Assembly (NCBI GenBank): GCA_964016885.1
Contig: OZ024740.1
Span: forward strand, 396,738,001-396,802,000
Direction: 5' to 3'
DNA length: 64,000 nucleotides
Source: Eledone cirrhosa
Lineage: Eukaryota
The position numbers and the translations under genes were made by a program. Under the pieces are notes generated by a model. It did not search any database, was not told the DNA's origin, and saw only the letters and a list, made by a program, of their open reading frames with translations. Positions 61,801 through 64,000 of this stretch are shown in pieces. How positions within the stretch are numbered: the first letter of the stretch is position 1; every line of letters begins with the position of its first letter.

Positions 61801-64000
61801 GTGTCAGATAATAGTATATAGCCAGTAATGAAAGTGGAGTGGTGGTGTCAGATAATAGTATATAGCCAGTAATGAAAGTGGAGTGGTGGTGTCAGATAAT
61901 ACTATATAGCCAGTAATGAAAGTGGGGTGGTGGTGTCAGATAATAGTATATAGCCAGTAATGAAAGTGGAGTGGTGGTGTCAAATAATAGTATAGAGGCA
62001 GTAATGAAAGTGGAGTGGTGGTGTCAGATAATAGTATATAGCCAGTAATGAAAGTGGAGTGGTGGTACCAGATAATAGTATATAGCCAGTAATGAAAGTG
62101 GAGTGGTGGTGTCAGATAATAGTATATAGCCAGCAATGAAACTGGAGTGGTGGAGTCAGATAATAGTATATAGCCAGTAATGAAAGTGGAGTGGTGGTAC
62201 CAGATAATAGTATATAGCCAGCAATGAAAGTGGAGTGGTGGTACCAGATAATAGTATATAGCCAGTAATGAAAGTGGAGTGGTGGTGTCAGATAATAGTA
62301 TATAGCCAGTAATGAAAGTGGAGTGGTGGTGTCAGATAATAGTATATAGCCAGTAATGAATGTGGAGTGGTGGTACCAGATAATAGTATATAGCCAGTAA
62401 TGAAAGTGGAGTGGTGGTGTCAGATAATAGTATATAGCCAGTAATGAAAGTGGAGTGGTGGTAACAGATAATAGTATATAGCCAGTAATGAAAGTGGAGT
62501 GGTGGTGTCAGATAATAGTATATAGCCAGTAATGAAGTGGAGTGGTGGTGTCAGATAATAGTATATAGCCAGTAATGAAAGTGGAGTGGTGGTGTCAAAT
62601 AATAGTATATAGCCAGTAATGAAAGTGGGGTGGTGGTGTCAGATAATAGTATATAGCCAGTAATGAAAGTGGGGTGGTGGTGTCAGATAATAGTATATAG
62701 CCAGTAATGAAAGTGGGGTGGTGGTGTCAGATAATAGTATATAGCCAGTAATGAAAGTGGAGTGGTGGTGTCAGATAATAGTATATAGCCAGTGAAAGTG
62801 GAGTGGTGTTGTCAGATAATAGTATATAGCCAGTGAAAGTGGAGTGGTGGTACCAGATAATAGTATATAGCCAGTAATGAAAGTAGAGTGCGGGTGTCAG
62901 ATAATAGTATATAGCCAGTAATGAAAGTGGAGTGGTGGTGTCAGATAATAGTATATAGCCAGTAAGGAAAGTGAGGTGGTGGTGTCAGATAATAGTATAT
63001 AGCCAGTAATGAAAGTGGGGTGGTGGTGTCAGATAATAGTATATAGCCAGTAATGAAAGTGGAGTGGTGGTGTCAGATAATAGTATATAGCCAGTAATGA
63101 AAGTGGAGTGGTGTTGTCAGATAATAGTATATAGCCAGTAATGAATGTGGAGTGGTGGTACCAGATAATAGTATATAGCCAGTAATGAAAGTGGAGTGGT
63201 GGTGTCAGATAATAGTATATAGCCAGTAATGAAAGTGGAGTGGTGGTGTCAGATAATAGTATATAGCCAGTAATGAATGTGGAGTGGTGGTACCAGATAA
63301 TAGTATATAGCCAGTAATGAAAGTGGAGTGGTGGTGTCAGATAATAGTATATAGCCAGTAATGAAAGTGGAGTGGTGGGTCAGATAATAGTATATAGCCA
63401 GTAATGAAAGTGGAGTGGTGGTAACAGATAATAGTATATAGCCAGTAATGAAAGTGGAGTGGTGGTGTCAGATAATAGTATATAGCCAGTAACGAAGTGG
63501 AGTGGTGGTGTCAGATAATAGTATATAGCCAGTAATGAAAGTGGAGTGGTGGTGTCAGATAATAGTATATAGCCAGTAATGAAAGTGGGGTGGTGGTGTC
63601 AGATAATAGTATGTAGCCAGTAATGAAAGTGGAGTGGTGGTGTCATATAATAGTATATAGCCAGTAATGAAAGTGGGGTGCGGGTGTCAGATAATAGTAT
63701 ATAGCCAGTAATGAAAGTGGAGTGGTGGTATCAGATAATAGTATATAGCCAGTAAGGAAAGTGAGGTGGTGGTGTCAGATAATAGTATATAGCCAGTAAT
63801 GAAAGTGGGGTGGTGGTGTCAGATAATAGTATATAGCCAGTAATGAAAGTGGAGTGGTGGTGTCAGATAATAGTATATAGCCAGTAATGAAAGTGGGGTG
63901 GTGGTGTCAGATAATAGTATATAGCCAGTAATGAAAGTGGGGGGGGGGGGTGTCAGATAATAGTATATAGCCAGTAATGAAAGTGGAGTGGTGGTGTCAG
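37812..64000. repeat. 44-bp satellite array, ~595 monomers, continues beyond the window
   Basis: Consensus GCCAGTAATGAAAGTGGAGTGGTGGTGTCAGATAATAGTATATA repeated head-to-tail with recurrent variants (GGTACC, GCAATGAAACTG, 41-bp AAT deletion, GTGCGG, poly-G). Confidence 0.99.

Noticed and set aside
39258-62136. Many minus-strand ORFs (MLAIYYYLTPPLHFHYWLYTII...)
   Set aside because: These are artefacts of translating a 44-bp repeat: they cycle through three frames, and their length depends on whether the GGTACC variant removes a TGA.
37812-64000. CRISPR-like array, or an RT-associated repeat array linked to the CR1 RT
   Set aside because: The monomers are contiguous with no unique spacers and there are no cas genes. 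The context is eukaryotic, and the CR1 lies >12 kb away with no sequence shared with the monomer.

Overview
AT-rich, repeat-dense eukaryotic (animal) genomic DNA. The SINE, RTE and TTAA-MITE families resemble those I recall from octopus/coleoid cephalopod genomes, but this taxon call is an inference. Positions 1-37.8 kb are a patchwork of retrotransposon and DNA-transposon remains: RTE, Tx1/L1, CRE, R4/Dong-like and I-group LINE fragments, tRNA-derived SINEs, TTAA MITEs, a Helitron 3' end and a small non-autonomous LTR element. They also contain one nearly intact full-length CR1-clade LINE (~20769-25346, minus strand) inserted into an older RTE copy. Its ORF1/ORF2 junction carries an in-frame G-GGA-AAC slippery heptamer, and ORF2 is broken only by one UAG. 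Positions 37812-64000 are a >26 kb array of a 44-bp satellite (~595 monomers, running off the window end) with several higher-order duplication periods; the monomer resembles part of the local SINE/RTE 3' tail. A few candidate host exons are visible (best: a phase-compatible minus-strand chain at 14110-15548), but no host gene can be named. There are no rRNA, true tRNA, CRISPR or prokaryotic features.
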